From the NCBI RefSeq assembly GCF_057098645.1, contig NZ_CM169472.1: DNA of 64,000 bases, one strand, 5' to 3'. Numbering within the stretch: position 1 is the stretch's first letter; each line of letters begins with the position of its first letter. The notes beneath the pieces were generated by a model that was not told where the DNA came from, searched no databases, and saw nothing but the letters and a program-made list of their open reading frames with translations. Positions 18,391-27,905 of this stretch are shown here, in pieces. The translations under genes and the position numbers were made by a program.

Positions 18391-18945
18391 ATGAACTCAG
18401 TATTCTTTTCACCCGGAAGTAAAAGTTTTTATCTGCAAGAATTGTTTCCAGAATATGAGGATGCGGGAACGCTTCCTGATGATGTTATTGAAATTACCCG
18501 AGAAACATATGAGCAATTTCTTGGGCTGCATCCAGAAGGGAAAGAAATTGGCGCTGACAGTTCAGGACGGCCAATATGGATTAATTCCCCGCCGCCTTCA
18601 AAAGAGGATGAGGTGCTGGCGGCTGAAATGAAAAAAATATCTTTGGTTTCAGAAGTCAATACCTACATCAATACCCATCAGTGGCCTGGCAAAGCTGCTA
18701 TTGGTCGTCTGAAAGGTGACGAGCTGGAACAATATAATTTATGGCTGGATTATCTGGACGCACTGGAACTGGTTGATACCTCCAGTGCTCCAGATTGCGT
18801 ATTCCGCTCTATTCGATCACGGATTGGCATCGAAGTCCGATCAGCGATTCGCATCCATTCGATCAACCGGGAACTTAACTTTTTCTACCGCTTTTTAACG
18901 CGTTTTTTCGCTGCTTTCCACTACCGGGGGATTTTTCCTCAGTGA
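18391..18945 (+). CDS. G: tail fibre assembly protein (gpG-like) with C-terminus replaced by IS-derived sequence
   Basis: 184-aa ORF; native sequence ends at ...DTSSAPD (nt ~18795), then reads into the IS21-family element. Confidence 0.7.
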   Translation: MNSVFFSPGSKSFYLQELFPEYEDAGTLPDDVIEITRETYEQFLGLHPEGKEIGADSSGRPIWINSPPPSKEDEVLAAEMKKISLVSEVNTYINTHQWPGKAAIGRLKGDELEQYNLWLDYLDALELVDTSSAPDCVFRSIRSRIGIEVRSAIRIHSINRELNFFYRFLTRFFAAFHYRGIFPQ

Positions 18946-19650
18946 CTCTCCCTGAAGGACCACTCGGTGTGAGTTATGTACCAGTCTGTCCAGGATGGCA
19001 TCTGCTGTTGTTGGGTTCTCCATCAGACCATGCCATTTATCTACCGGGAACTGGCTTACCACTATCGTGCTGCTTTGTCCGTAACGATCCTCTATGAGCT
19101 CCAGAAGGTCATTACACTGGGCGTTACTTAACTGTTCCAGCCCCAGATCGTCCAGGATTAGAACCTGTATTTTTTGCAACTGTTTCAGATATTTCAGCCA
19201 GCTGCCATCAACACGTCCCTGAGCCAGTTGTTCCAGTAATCGCCCGGTTCTACAGTACCGGACGCTGTGTTTCTGTCGACATGCCTGTTCGCCCAGCGCA
19301 TTGGCTATCCAGCTCTTGCCACATCCTGTCGGACCGGTTATCAGCAGGTTTTTCCTGTGGGTTATGTAGTGGCCGTTCAGCAGTTCTCTCATCTGTTCAG
19401 CCCGCAGACCTCTTGAGGCCGGATAGCGCAGCCCTTCCGGTGTTGCCTGGTATTTCAGGCCGGCATTTTTTCTCAACCGTGCCACACGGCTGTTTTCCCT
19501 GCTCAGAAGCTCGTCATCAACCAGCAGCGTCAGCCTTTCCTCGAACGACAGTTCGTCGTAGGTCTGAGGCGTTTCCCGCTGCCGTATCAGGCTCCCGGCC
19601 ATCGCCGGGAGTTTCAGTTGGGTCAGTTTGTTTAACAGGTTATCACTCAT
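18895..19650 (-). CDS. istB: IS21-family helper ATPase IstB
   Basis: Walker A GPTGCGKS, Walker B VLILDDLG; start trimmed to MSDNLLNKL within ORF-track 18895..19893. Confidence 0.9.
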   Translation of the reverse strand: MSDNLLNKLTQLKLPAMAGSLIRQRETPQTYDELSFEERLTLLVDDELLSRENSRVARLRKNAGLKYQATPEGLRYPASRGLRAEQMRELLNGHYITHRKNLLITGPTGCGKSWIANALGEQACRQKHSVRYCRTGRLLEQLAQGRVDGSWLKYLKQLQKIQVLILDDLGLEQLSNAQCNDLLELIEDRYGQSSTIVVSQFPVDKWHGLMENPTTADAILDRLVHNSHRVVLQGESLRKNPPVVESSEKTR

Positions 19651-19666
19651 ACTGTTGTTCCTTCTG

Positions 19667-21202
19667 TCAGTGGTAGTAGCCCGGACCACGCAGGTTTTCA
19701 TGCTCTGAAGCATATGCCGGATGTTGTTCGCCCTGGCGGGATAATGGAAGCTCCAGGTTCTCCCGATGGTGACGCAGCAGATTGTCGATAAAGCGTCTGT
19801 CAGGGGCGTTATAGTGCAGGGCAACGTAACAGGCCTTTTCCAGCCGTTCCGGGCCGTATTTTTTCTGAAGTGCCAGCAGCCCCAGAACTGCACGATAAGC
19901 CAGTTCCGGATGGGGTTTTGCCTTCAGCATGGATTCAACCACCCGGCCTGTGGACGGGCCCGTACGTTTTCCCTGCTCGATCAGGCGTTCCGGTGTCCAT
20001 GTCCCGTGCTGCCGGTGGCGCTCTGGCATGTGAAGCGGATTGGTTGTGTGTTTATATTCATGTGTGCTGCGCGGATGTTGCGCCACACACTGCCCCTTGT
20101 GCCAGAGCTGTACCACCGACTGCCCCGCCTTCAGTGACAGACGCTGACCGACCAGTTCGTGTGGAACGGAGTACCAGTGACGGGCATATTCAACGTGGTA
20201 GTCAGGGCCAACCTTCACAGCTTTGTATTCCGTGTATTCATAAGGTGCCAGAGGCAGCGGAGAGAGTGCTGGCGCATCCAGTATGCGGAAGCGTTCTGCA
20301 CGGGTTTGATTGCCGTACCCCTTCATTGGCCGGTTATTCATGTCTGTCAGTAACTCCCTAAGGCGCGCATTCAGCGCCCTGAGCGTGTGGAAGGTTTCAT
20401 TACGGATGCGGGCAAGAAGCCATCGTTCAACGATGAGGACGCCGTTTTCTGCTTTTGGTTTATCTTTAGGTTTGCGTGGTCGGGCCGGGATGATAACCGT
20501 GCCATAGTGCTCAGCCAGTGCCTGATAACTGTCGTTGATGACAGGCTCATATCGATCGGCCTTTTTCACTGCGCTTCTGAGGTTATCGGGGATGAGCAGC
20601 TTCGGTACGCCGCCCAGGAAGGTCAGGCAACGGCTGTGGGCATTTAACCATGACATCATGTCCTGACCTTCGCACGCTTCAACGTAGGTATAGTTGGACG
20701 CCCCCATTACGGCCACGAAGATTGCCACGCGGCGTATCTCACCGGTGTCCGGATTAATAACAGGAACCGTAGGACCACAGAAGTCGATAAAAAGCTTTTC
20801 GCCGGCACGATGCTCCTGGCGCATGGAGAGACGTCGCGTTTTTTTCCACTCCCGGTAGCAACGGCAGAAGTGCGAGTATCCCATCGCTTTGTTACCCGCC
20901 TGTGCCTTGTATTCCATCCACAACAGTTGCCGCGTCACACCTGGTTTTCTCATTTCCGTATCGAAGTACAACATGTCAGGCATTACAAGCTCTGATGCAA
21001 AGGTGTCTTTGGGCGGAAAAATGAGTTTCTCCAGCGTGTCATGGGATATATCAGCAGGTAATGGCCATGACAGAGAAGAGGCTTTGAAGCGGGCAAGAAC
21101 CTCAAAAACGGTTGAGGCGCTGATGTGTAACGTCAGTCCGATACAACGGTTAGTCAGCTTCTTGTCGAACTTGAGCTGAAGGATCTTAAAACAGGTTTCC
21201 AT
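19667..21202 (-). CDS. istA: IS21-family transposase IstA
   Basis: N-terminal HTH then DDE-type core; start trimmed to METCFKIL within ORF-track 19667..21313 (track start is a TTG). Confidence 0.88.
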   Translation of the reverse strand: METCFKILQLKFDKKLTNRCIGLTLHISASTVFEVLARFKASSLSWPLPADISHDTLEKLIFPPKDTFASELVMPDMLYFDTEMRKPGVTRQLLWMEYKAQAGNKAMGYSHFCRCYREWKKTRRLSMRQEHRAGEKLFIDFCGPTVPVINPDTGEIRRVAIFVAVMGASNYTYVEACEGQDMMSWLNAHSRCLTFLGGVPKLLIPDNLRSAVKKADRYEPVINDSYQALAEHYGTVIIPARPRKPKDKPKAENGVLIVERWLLARIRNETFHTLRALNARLRELLTDMNNRPMKGYGNQTRAERFRILDAPALSPLPLAPYEYTEYKAVKVGPDYHVEYARHWYSVPHELVGQRLSLKAGQSVVQLWHKGQCVAQHPRSTHEYKHTTNPLHMPERHRQHGTWTPERLIEQGKRTGPSTGRVVESMLKAKPHPELAYRAVLGLLALQKKYGPERLEKACYVALHYNAPDRRFIDNLLRHHRENLELPLSRQGEQHPAYASEHENLRGPGYYH

Positions 21203-21299
21203 AGTGCTCCTGGATTTTCTCTTTCTGGACATTGACGTCTCCACTGGTTTAAACACGGCAATGGAGACTGTGGTGAAAAGAGTTAATTCCCGGAGTGAC

Positions 21300-21434
21300 T
21301 GGCAGGATGCCAATCAATGATCGGAAGCATGCCAAATCGTGATCGATTGTGATGCCAAACTGTGATCGGAGATGGATGCCAAATCATGATCGATTCGAAT
21401 GCCAAACTGCGATCGATTCAGATGCCATTTTGCA
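21300..21434. repeat. tandem ~20-bp terminal repeats of the IS21-family element (transposase binding sites)
   Basis: five to six copies of GATGCCAAA(C/T)NGTGATCGAT-like units; similar units inverted at the other end (18796..18880). Confidence 0.7.
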
Positions 21435-21450
21435 CCAGATATTGAATGGC

Positions 21451-22056
21451 CTACGCCTCCGGTAGTTCAGGCCAGATGACATCCGGCGCGGTGCTGATAT
21501 CTGTTGCAGTCACCGCGTCAATGTAATCCAGCACAGCGTTAAGCCGGGTTGTTTCTGCCTGCGTCAGCTTCCGCCCGGCCTGCAATTTCAGCTGAATCAG
21601 ACTAATGGAAGCCATAGCCGCATCAATCAGTGACTGGCGCCGTACTTCTGCCGCGTCTACTGCGGCGTTATGCTGTGCCTCAGTGTCGGTCACCCATTTC
21701 TCACCATCCCATTTATCGTATGACGTTAACGGGGCGATAGTGGTTGTATTTTCAGGGTAATCACCCGGAACTGTGATTTCTTTTGATTCTCCTGTTTCGG
21801 TGCTATAGACGATTTCACCGCGATGGTCTGGCACATATTCCCATGAGTTAAAATCTGCAGAACGGCAAATTGCATAACCAGCTTTATATGAGCCAGGAGC
21901 ATCTAAACAGGAACATGCCGGGATACCGACACCCACAGCAAGATATTCAGTTGATGTGGAAATATATTCCCGTGTTTCACCATCATAATTATAAACGGTA
22001 ATGTCTCCGGCCTTTGTGGCGATGAGTTCATTATTTAATACAGCTTTACTTATCAT
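21451..22056 (-). CDS. tail fibre assembly protein, alternative copy in the invertible segment
   Basis: 201-aa ORF ending ...APDVIWPELPEA; directly downstream of the alternative fibre C-terminal cassette. Confidence 0.85.
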   Translation of the reverse strand: MISKAVLNNELIATKAGDITVYNYDGETREYISTSTEYLAVGVGIPACSCLDAPGSYKAGYAICRSADFNSWEYVPDHRGEIVYSTETGESKEITVPGDYPENTTTIAPLTSYDKWDGEKWVTDTEAQHNAAVDAAEVRRQSLIDAAMASISLIQLKLQAGRKLTQAETTRLNAVLDYIDAVTATDISTAPDVIWPELPEA

Positions 22057-22565
22057 GCAGCCCTCACAATATAATTAAAGGCGATGTTACGGGAGCGGGT
22101 TTCAGATGCTGTGCGAACTGAGCGAGATGCGTCGAATGTCCAGTTATAAGCGCCATAACCCTCAATAATTTCGGCTTCCTTTAGACCTGTAGATAATACT
22201 TGCCCATGTTGACTAAATGGCCCTGAACTAAGTACGTCTCTAAAAAGCTGGGTACGCCCAAAAGAACCAACAATATTCTGAATTGCATCATTCTGTGCAG
22301 ATAATAAGTTACGACCAGAGTCAATCCCGCGCCCATCATCCCAGCCACGAATAAATTCACCGCGTAAATCTGGTAATTTTAATGTTGGGTAAGCCTTTGC
22401 CAGATTTGGGTACTTTTCAGAAGAAAATACTGCTCCGTTACATTTTAGCCACCCCATTGGCGGAGTGGCTGAAGGCCACGGAACAGGCACACCAACCGGT
22501 AATGCAGAGCCTTCTCCCAAACCAACGTTTAAGAAAATGCAGAGATTATGTCTAACTGGCATCAT
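22053..22565 (-). CDS. alternative tail fibre C-terminal cassette (promoterless; expressed only after inversion fuses it to H)
   Basis: ORF contains the same NVGLGE junction motif as H at the crossover site; lies between the right crossover site and the alternative assembly gene. Confidence 0.75.
   Translation of the reverse strand: MMPVRHNLCIFLNVGLGEGSALPVGVPVPWPSATPPMGWLKCNGAVFSSEKYPNLAKAYPTLKLPDLRGEFIRGWDDGRGIDSGRNLLSAQNDAIQNIVGSFGRTQLFRDVLSSGPFSQHGQVLSTGLKEAEIIEGYGAYNWTFDASRSVRTASETRSRNIAFNYIVRAA
22512..22537. other. site-specific recombination (crossover) site of a Gin/Hin-family invertase, right copy
   Basis: TTCTCCCAAACC-AA-CGTTTAAGAAAA fits the TTnTCnnAAACC-nn-GGTTTnnGAnAA consensus with one mismatch; adjacent to the invertase gene. 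Confidence 0.65.
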
Positions 22566-22592
22566 CTCCGGTTTTTATTCAGGGGGATGCTC

Positions 22593-23186
22593 ATGCTTAT
22601 TGGCTATGTACGCGTGTCAACAAATGACCAGAACACGGAATTGCAGCGTAATGCGCTGGAGTGCGCAGGATGTGAGCTGATTTTTGAGGACAAAATCAGC
22701 GGCACGAAGTCCGACAGGCCGGGGCTGAAAAAACTGCTCAGAACATTATCGGAAGGTGACACTCTGGTTGTCTGGAAGCTGGACAGGCTGGGGCGTAGTA
22801 TGCGGCATCTGGTCATTCTGGTTGAGGAACTGCGCGAACGCGGCGTTAATTTTCGCAGCCTGACGGATGCTATTGATACCAGCACGCCGATGGGGCGTTT
22901 TTTCTTTCATGTGATGGGTGCCCTGGCTGAAATGGAGCGAGAACTCATTGTCGAGCGGACACGCGCCGGACTGGAAGCGGCCAGAGCCAAAGGTCGTATT
23001 GGTGGCAGACGACCGAAACTCACCGCGAGTGAGTGGGAGCAGGCCGGGCGTTTGCTGGCTGCAGGGGAGTCACGTCAACGCGTGGCACTGATTTTTGATA
23101 TTGGTCTGTCCACGCTCTATAAAAAATTTCCCTCATCAGCGACAAAGAATAAATTGTGTCATCCCTTAGCCAACCGGGACAAATAG
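22593..23186 (+). CDS. serine DNA invertase (Gin/Hin/Cin/Pin family)
   Basis: MLIGYVRVSTNDQ catalytic-serine N-terminus and C-terminal HTH; start trimmed from ORF-track 22548. Confidence 0.9.
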   Translation: MLIGYVRVSTNDQNTELQRNALECAGCELIFEDKISGTKSDRPGLKKLLRTLSEGDTLVVWKLDRLGRSMRHLVILVEELRERGVNFRSLTDAIDTSTPMGRFFFHVMGALAEMERELIVERTRAGLEAARAKGRIGGRRPKLTASEWEQAGRLLAAGESRQRVALIFDIGLSTLYKKFPSSATKNKLCHPLANRDK

Positions 23187-23245
23187 CCTGACATCTCCGG
23201 CACAACTGAAAATATCACTCACCCATTAACCACGGAGTTAAACGG

Positions 23246-24436
23246 ATGAGTGACTATCATCACGGCGTGCAGGTGCTGGAGATTAACGACGGCACCCGCG
23301 TCATTTCCACCGTATCCACGGCCATTGTCGGCATGGTCTGCACGGCCAGCGATGCAGATGCGGAAACCTTCCCCCTCAATAAACCGGTGCTGATTACCAA
23401 TGTGCAGAGCGCAATTGCAAAGGCCGGTAAAAAAGGCACGCTGGCGGCGTCGTTACAGGCCATCGCTGACCAGTCAAAACCGGTCACCGTTGTTGTGCGC
23501 GTGGAAGACGGCACCGGCGACGACGAAGAAACGAAACTTGCGCAGACCGTTTCCAATATCATCGGCACCACCGACGAAAACGGTCAGTACACCGGACTGA
23601 AAGCCCTGCTGGCGGCGGAGTCGGTAACCGGTGTTAAACCGCGTATTCTCGGCGTGCCGGGACTGGATACCAAAGAGGTGGCTGTTGCACTGGCATCAGT
23701 CTGTCAGAAGCTGCGCGCTTTCGGGTATATCAGCGCATGGGGCTGTAAAACCATTTCCGAGGTGAAAGCCTACCGCCAGAATTTCAGCCAGCGTGAGCTG
23801 ATGGTCATCTGGCCGGATTTCCTCGCATGGGATACGGTCGCCAGTACCACTGCCACCGCGTATGCCACCGCCCGTGCACTGGGGCTGCGTGCCAAAATCG
23901 ACCAGGAGCAGGGCTGGCATAAAACGCTGTCCAATGTCGGGGTGAACGGTGTTACCGGCATCAGCGCGTCCGTATTCTGGGATTTGCAGGAGTCCGGCAC
24001 CGATGCTGACCTGCTTAACGAGTCAGGCGTCACAACGCTGATTCGCCGTGACGGTTTCCGCTTCTGGGGTAACCGTACCTGCTCTGATGACCCGCTGTTC
24101 CTCTTTGAAAACTACACCCGCACCGCGCAGGTGCTGGCCGACACGATGGCTGAGGCGCACATGTGGGCGGTGGACAAGCCCATCACCGCAACGCTGATTC
24201 GCGACATCGTTGACGGCATCAATGCCAAATTCCGTGAGCTGAAAACAAACGGCTATATCGTGGATGCGGCCTGCTGGTTCAGCGAAGAATCCAACGATGC
24301 GGAAACCCTCAAGGCCGGAAAACTGTATATCGACTACGACTATACACCGGTGCCTCCTCTCGAAAACCTGACCCTGCGCCAGCGTATTACCGATAAATAC
24401 CTGGCAAATCTGGTCACTTCGGTTAACAGCAATTAA
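23246..24436 (+). CDS. FI: tail sheath protein (P2 gpFI-like)
   Basis: 396-aa ORF, same length as P2 FI; synteny. Confidence 0.93.
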   Translation: MSDYHHGVQVLEINDGTRVISTVSTAIVGMVCTASDADAETFPLNKPVLITNVQSAIAKAGKKGTLAASLQAIADQSKPVTVVVRVEDGTGDDEETKLAQTVSNIIGTTDENGQYTGLKALLAAESVTGVKPRILGVPGLDTKEVAVALASVCQKLRAFGYISAWGCKTISEVKAYRQNFSQRELMVIWPDFLAWDTVASTTATAYATARALGLRAKIDQEQGWHKTLSNVGVNGVTGISASVFWDLQESGTDADLLNESGVTTLIRRDGFRFWGNRTCSDDPLFLFENYTRTAQVLADTMAEAHMWAVDKPITATLIRDIVDGINAKFRELKTNGYIVDAACWFSEESNDAETLKAGKLYIDYDYTPVPPLENLTLRQRITDKYLANLVTSVNSN

Positions 24437-24448
24437 GGAGCCTGACCG

Positions 24449-24967
24449 ATGGCAATGCCGCGCAAACTCAAGTTAATGAACGTCTTTCTGAACGGCTACA
24501 GCTATCAGGGCGTCGCGAAGTCCGTCACGCTGCCAAAACTGACCCGTAAGCTCGAAAACTATCGCGGTGCGGGGATGAACGGCAGCGCACCGGTAGACCT
24601 CGGCCTTGATGACGATGCGCTGTCAATGGAGTGGTCGCTCGGTGGCTTCCCGGATTCGGTTATCTGGGAGCTTTACGCCGCAACCGGTGTGGATGCCGTA
24701 CCGATTCGTTTTGCAGGCTCTTACCAGCGCGACGATACCGGCGAAACGGTGGCCGTCGAGGTGGTCATGCGTGGACGTCAGAAAGAAATCGACACCGGCG
24801 AGGGTAAACAGGGAGAAGACACCGAGTCGAAAATCTCCGTGGTCTGCACCTATTTCCGGCTGACGATGGACGGTAAGGAGCTGGTCGAAATCGACACCAT
24901 CAACATGATTGAGAAGGTGAACGGCGTCGACCGGCTGGAGCAACACCGCCGCAATATCGGCCTGTGA
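24449..24967 (+). CDS. FII: tail tube protein (P2 gpFII-like)
   Basis: 172-aa ORF; synteny. Confidence 0.92.
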   Translation: MAMPRKLKLMNVFLNGYSYQGVAKSVTLPKLTRKLENYRGAGMNGSAPVDLGLDDDALSMEWSLGGFPDSVIWELYAATGVDAVPIRFAGSYQRDDTGETVAVEVVMRGRQKEIDTGEGKQGEDTESKISVVCTYFRLTMDGKELVEIDTINMIEKVNGVDRLEQHRRNIGL

Positions 24968-25023
24968 TTTTCATCCGGTCAGCCTGGCTGACCGGTTAAC
25001 CCCGATTCATAAGTGAGAAAACC

Positions 25024-25299
25024 ATGAACAAAGAAAATGTGATTACCCTGGACAATCCGGTCAAACGTGGTGAGCAGGTTATCGAACAGGTCACGCTGAT
25101 GAAACCCAGTGCCGGGACGCTGCGCGGTGTCAGTCTGGCAGCGGTCGCAAACTCCGAAGTCGATGCACTGATTAAGGTGTTGCCGCGCATGACGGCACCG
25201 ATGCTGACCGAGCAGGAAGTCGCCGCACTGGAACTGCCTGACCTTGTGGCGCTGGCCGGTAAGGTGGTCGGTTTTTTGTCGCCGAACTCGGTGCAGTGA
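25024..25299 (+). CDS. E: tail assembly chaperone (P2 gpE-like)
   Basis: 91-aa ORF between the tube and tape-measure genes. Confidence 0.88.
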   Translation: MNKENVITLDNPVKRGEQVIEQVTLMKPSAGTLRGVSLAAVANSEVDALIKVLPRMTAPMLTEQEVAALELPDLVALAGKVVGFLSPNSVQ

Positions 25300-25451
25300 C
25301 GTTTCCGAAAAATCTCTCGGTCGATGACCTGATGGCGGATGTGGCAGTGATATTTCACTGGCCGCCATCAGAACTGTATCCCATGAGCCTGACCGAACTC
25401 ATCACATGGCGCGAAAAGGCGCTCCGGCGAAGCGGAAACACGAATGAGTAA
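25024..25451 (+). CDS. E': E+E' extended chaperone made by -1 programmed frameshift at T_TTT_TTG (25272..25278)
   Basis: slippery heptamer near the 3' end of E; the -1 frame stays open to 25451, overlapping the T start. Confidence 0.7.
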
Positions 25452-27891
25452 CAATGTAAAATTACAGGTATTGCTCAGGGCTGTTGACCAGGCATCCCGC
25501 CCGTTTAAATCCATCCGCACAGCGAGCAAATCGCTGTCGGGGGATATCCGGGAAACACAAAAATCACTGCGCGAGCTGAACGGTCAGGCGTCCCGTATTG
25601 AGGGATTTCGCAAGACCAGTGCACAGCTTGCCGTGACTGGTCATGCACTTGAAAAGGCACGGCAGGAAGCCGAAGCCCTTGCCACACAGTTTAAAAACAC
25701 CGAACGTCCGACCCGTGCTCAGGCGAAAGTGCTGGAATCCGCAAAGCGTGCGGCGGAGGACTTACAGGCGAAATATAACCGCCTGACGGATTCTGTTAAA
25801 CGCCAGCAGCGGGAACTGGCCGCTGTGGGAATTAATACCCGCAATCTTGCACATGATGAGCAGGGACTGAAAAACCGTATCAGTGAAACCACCGCACAGC
25901 TTAACCGGCAGCGTGATGCGCTGGCGCGTGTCAGTGCACAACAGGCAAAACTTAACGCAGTAAAACAGCGTTATCAGGCCGGAAAAGAACTGGCCGGAAA
26001 TATGGCCTCGGTGGGCGCTGCCGGTGTGGGGATTGCGGCGGCGGGAACGATGGCCGGAGTTAAGTTGCTGATGCCCGGTTATGAGTTTGCGCAGAAAAAC
26101 TCAGAATTGCAGGCCGTGCTCGGAGTGGCAAAAGACTCCGCCGAAATGACCGCACTACGCAAACAGGCGCGCCAGCTCGGTGACAACACCGCCGCCTCGG
26201 CGGATGATGCGGCCGGTGCACAGATAATCATCGCGAAAGCGGGTGGGGATGTTGATGCCATTCAGGCGGCAACGCCGGTCACGCTGAATATGGCGCTGGC
26301 GAACCGCCGCACGATGGAAGAAAACGCCGCCCTGCTGATGGGGATGAAATCCGCCTTTCAGCTTTCAAACGATAAGGTCGCTCATATCGGGGATGTTCTC
26401 TCCATGACGATGAACAAAACCGCCGCCGATTTTGACGGCATGAGCGATGCGCTGACCTATGCCGCACCTGTGGCAAAAAATGCCGGTGTCAGCATTGAAG
26501 AAACCGCCGCAATGGTCGGGGCGCTGCATGATGCAAAAATCACAGGCTCAATGGCGGGGACGGGAAGCCGTGCCGTGTTAAGTCGCCTGCAGGCACCGAC
26601 GGGAAAAGCATGGGATGCACTCAAAGAGCTTGGCGTGAAAACCTCAGACAGTAAGGGGAATACCCGACCAGTATTTACCATTCTGAAAGAAATGCAGGCC
26701 ATCTTTGAGAAAAACCGGCTCGGTACTGCCCAGCAGGCTGAATACATGAAAACTATTTTCGGGGAGGAGGCCAGCTCAGCCGCCGCCGTGCTGATGACTG
26801 CCGCCTCAACCGGAAAGCTGGACAAACTGACCGCCACACTGAAAGCCTCAGACGGTAAAACGGAAGAGCTGGTTAAAATCATGCAGGACAACCTCGGCGG
26901 TGACTTTAAGGAGTTTCAGTCCGCTTATGAGGCGGTGGGGACTGACCTGTTTGACCAGCAGGAAGGCACACTGCGTAAGCTCACGCAGACGGCCACAAAG
27001 TATGTGTTAAAACTCGACGGCTGGATCCAGAAAAACAAATCACTGGCGTCAACCATCGGCCTCATTGTCGGTGGCGCACTGGCGCTTACTGGCATCATCG
27101 GTGCAATTGGTCTTGTAGCCTGGCCGGTTATCACCGGCATTAATGCCATCATCGCGGCAGCAGGCGCAATGGGGGCAATCTTCACGACGGTTGGCAGTGC
27201 TGTTATGACCGCCATCGGGGCGATTAGCTGGCCGGTTGTGGCTGTGGTGGCCGCTATTGTCGCCGGGGCGTTGCTTATCCGTAAATACTGGGAGCCTGTC
27301 AGCGCATTCTTTGGCGGTGTGGTGGAAGGGCTGAAAGCGGCATTTGCGCCGGTGGGGGAACTGTTCACGCCACTTAAGCCGGTGTTTGACTGGCTGGGCG
27401 AAAAGTTACAGGCCGCGTGGCAGTGGTTTAAAAACCTGATTGCCCCGGTCAAAGCCACCCAGGACACCCTGAACCGTTGCCGTGACACGGGCGTCATGTT
27501 CGGGCAGGCACTGGCTGACGCGCTGATGCTGCCGCTTAATGCGTTCAACAAACTGCGCAGCGGTATTGACTGGGTACTGGAAAAACTCGGCGTCATCAAC
27601 AAAGAGTCAGGCACGCTTGACCAGACCGCCGCCAGAACTCATGCCGCCACGTATGGCACCGGTGGTTATATTCCGGCGACCAGCTCTTATGCTGGCTATC
27701 AGGCTTATCAGCCAGTTACGGCACCGGCTGGCCGCTCTTATGTGGACCAGAGTAAAAACGAATATCACATCAACCTGACGGGCGGTACTGCGCCGGGGAC
27801 ACAGCTCGACCGCCAGTTACAGGATGCGCTCGAAAAATACGAGCGGGATAAACGTGCGCGCGCCCGTGCCAGCATGATGCATGACGGTTAA
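25444..27891 (+). CDS. T: tail tape measure protein (P2 gpT-like)
   Basis: 815-aa ORF, coiled-coil N-terminus and Gly/Ala-rich TM segments. Confidence 0.93.
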   Translation: MSNNVKLQVLLRAVDQASRPFKSIRTASKSLSGDIRETQKSLRELNGQASRIEGFRKTSAQLAVTGHALEKARQEAEALATQFKNTERPTRAQAKVLESAKRAAEDLQAKYNRLTDSVKRQQRELAAVGINTRNLAHDEQGLKNRISETTAQLNRQRDALARVSAQQAKLNAVKQRYQAGKELAGNMASVGAAGVGIAAAGTMAGVKLLMPGYEFAQKNSELQAVLGVAKDSAEMTALRKQARQLGDNTAASADDAAGAQIIIAKAGGDVDAIQAATPVTLNMALANRRTMEENAALLMGMKSAFQLSNDKVAHIGDVLSMTMNKTAADFDGMSDALTYAAPVAKNAGVSIEETAAMVGALHDAKITGSMAGTGSRAVLSRLQAPTGKAWDALKELGVKTSDSKGNTRPVFTILKEMQAIFEKNRLGTAQQAEYMKTIFGEEASSAAAVLMTAASTGKLDKLTATLKASDGKTEELVKIMQDNLGGDFKEFQSAYEAVGTDLFDQQEGTLRKLTQTATKYVLKLDGWIQKNKSLASTIGLIVGGALALTGIIGAIGLVAWPVITGINAIIAAAGAMGAIFTTVGSAVMTAIGAISWPVVAVVAAIVAGALLIRKYWEPVSAFFGGVVEGLKAAFAPVGELFTPLKPVFDWLGEKLQAAWQWFKNLIAPVKATQDTLNRCRDTGVMFGQALADALMLPLNAFNKLRSGIDWVLEKLGVINKESGTLDQTAARTHAATYGTGGYIPATSSYAGYQAYQPVTAPAGRSYVDQSKNEYHINLTGGTAPGTQLDRQLQDALEKYERDKRARARASMMHDG

Positions 27892-27905
27892 GGAGGTGAC
27901 GAAAA

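Larger units (their letters stand above)
18796..21434 (-). mobile_element. IS21-family insertion sequence (istA-istB), ~2.6 kb, flanked by 6-bp direct repeat CCAGAT
   Basis: istA and istB in tandem; multiple ~20-bp repeats at both ends; CCAGAT at 18790..18795 and 21435..21440; joining the flanks restores a Tfa C-terminus. Confidence 0.85.

Noticed and set aside
21300-21434. Array of ~20-bp direct repeats that could look like a small CRISPR or iteron array
   Set aside because: Units are contiguous without spacers, similar copies occur inverted at the other end of the IS, and they sit at the istA terminus: IS21-family terminal repeats.
26925-27614. 229-aa minus-strand ORF inside the tape-measure gene T
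   Set aside because: Antisense to T; Ala/Ser/Thr-rich low-complexity translation.
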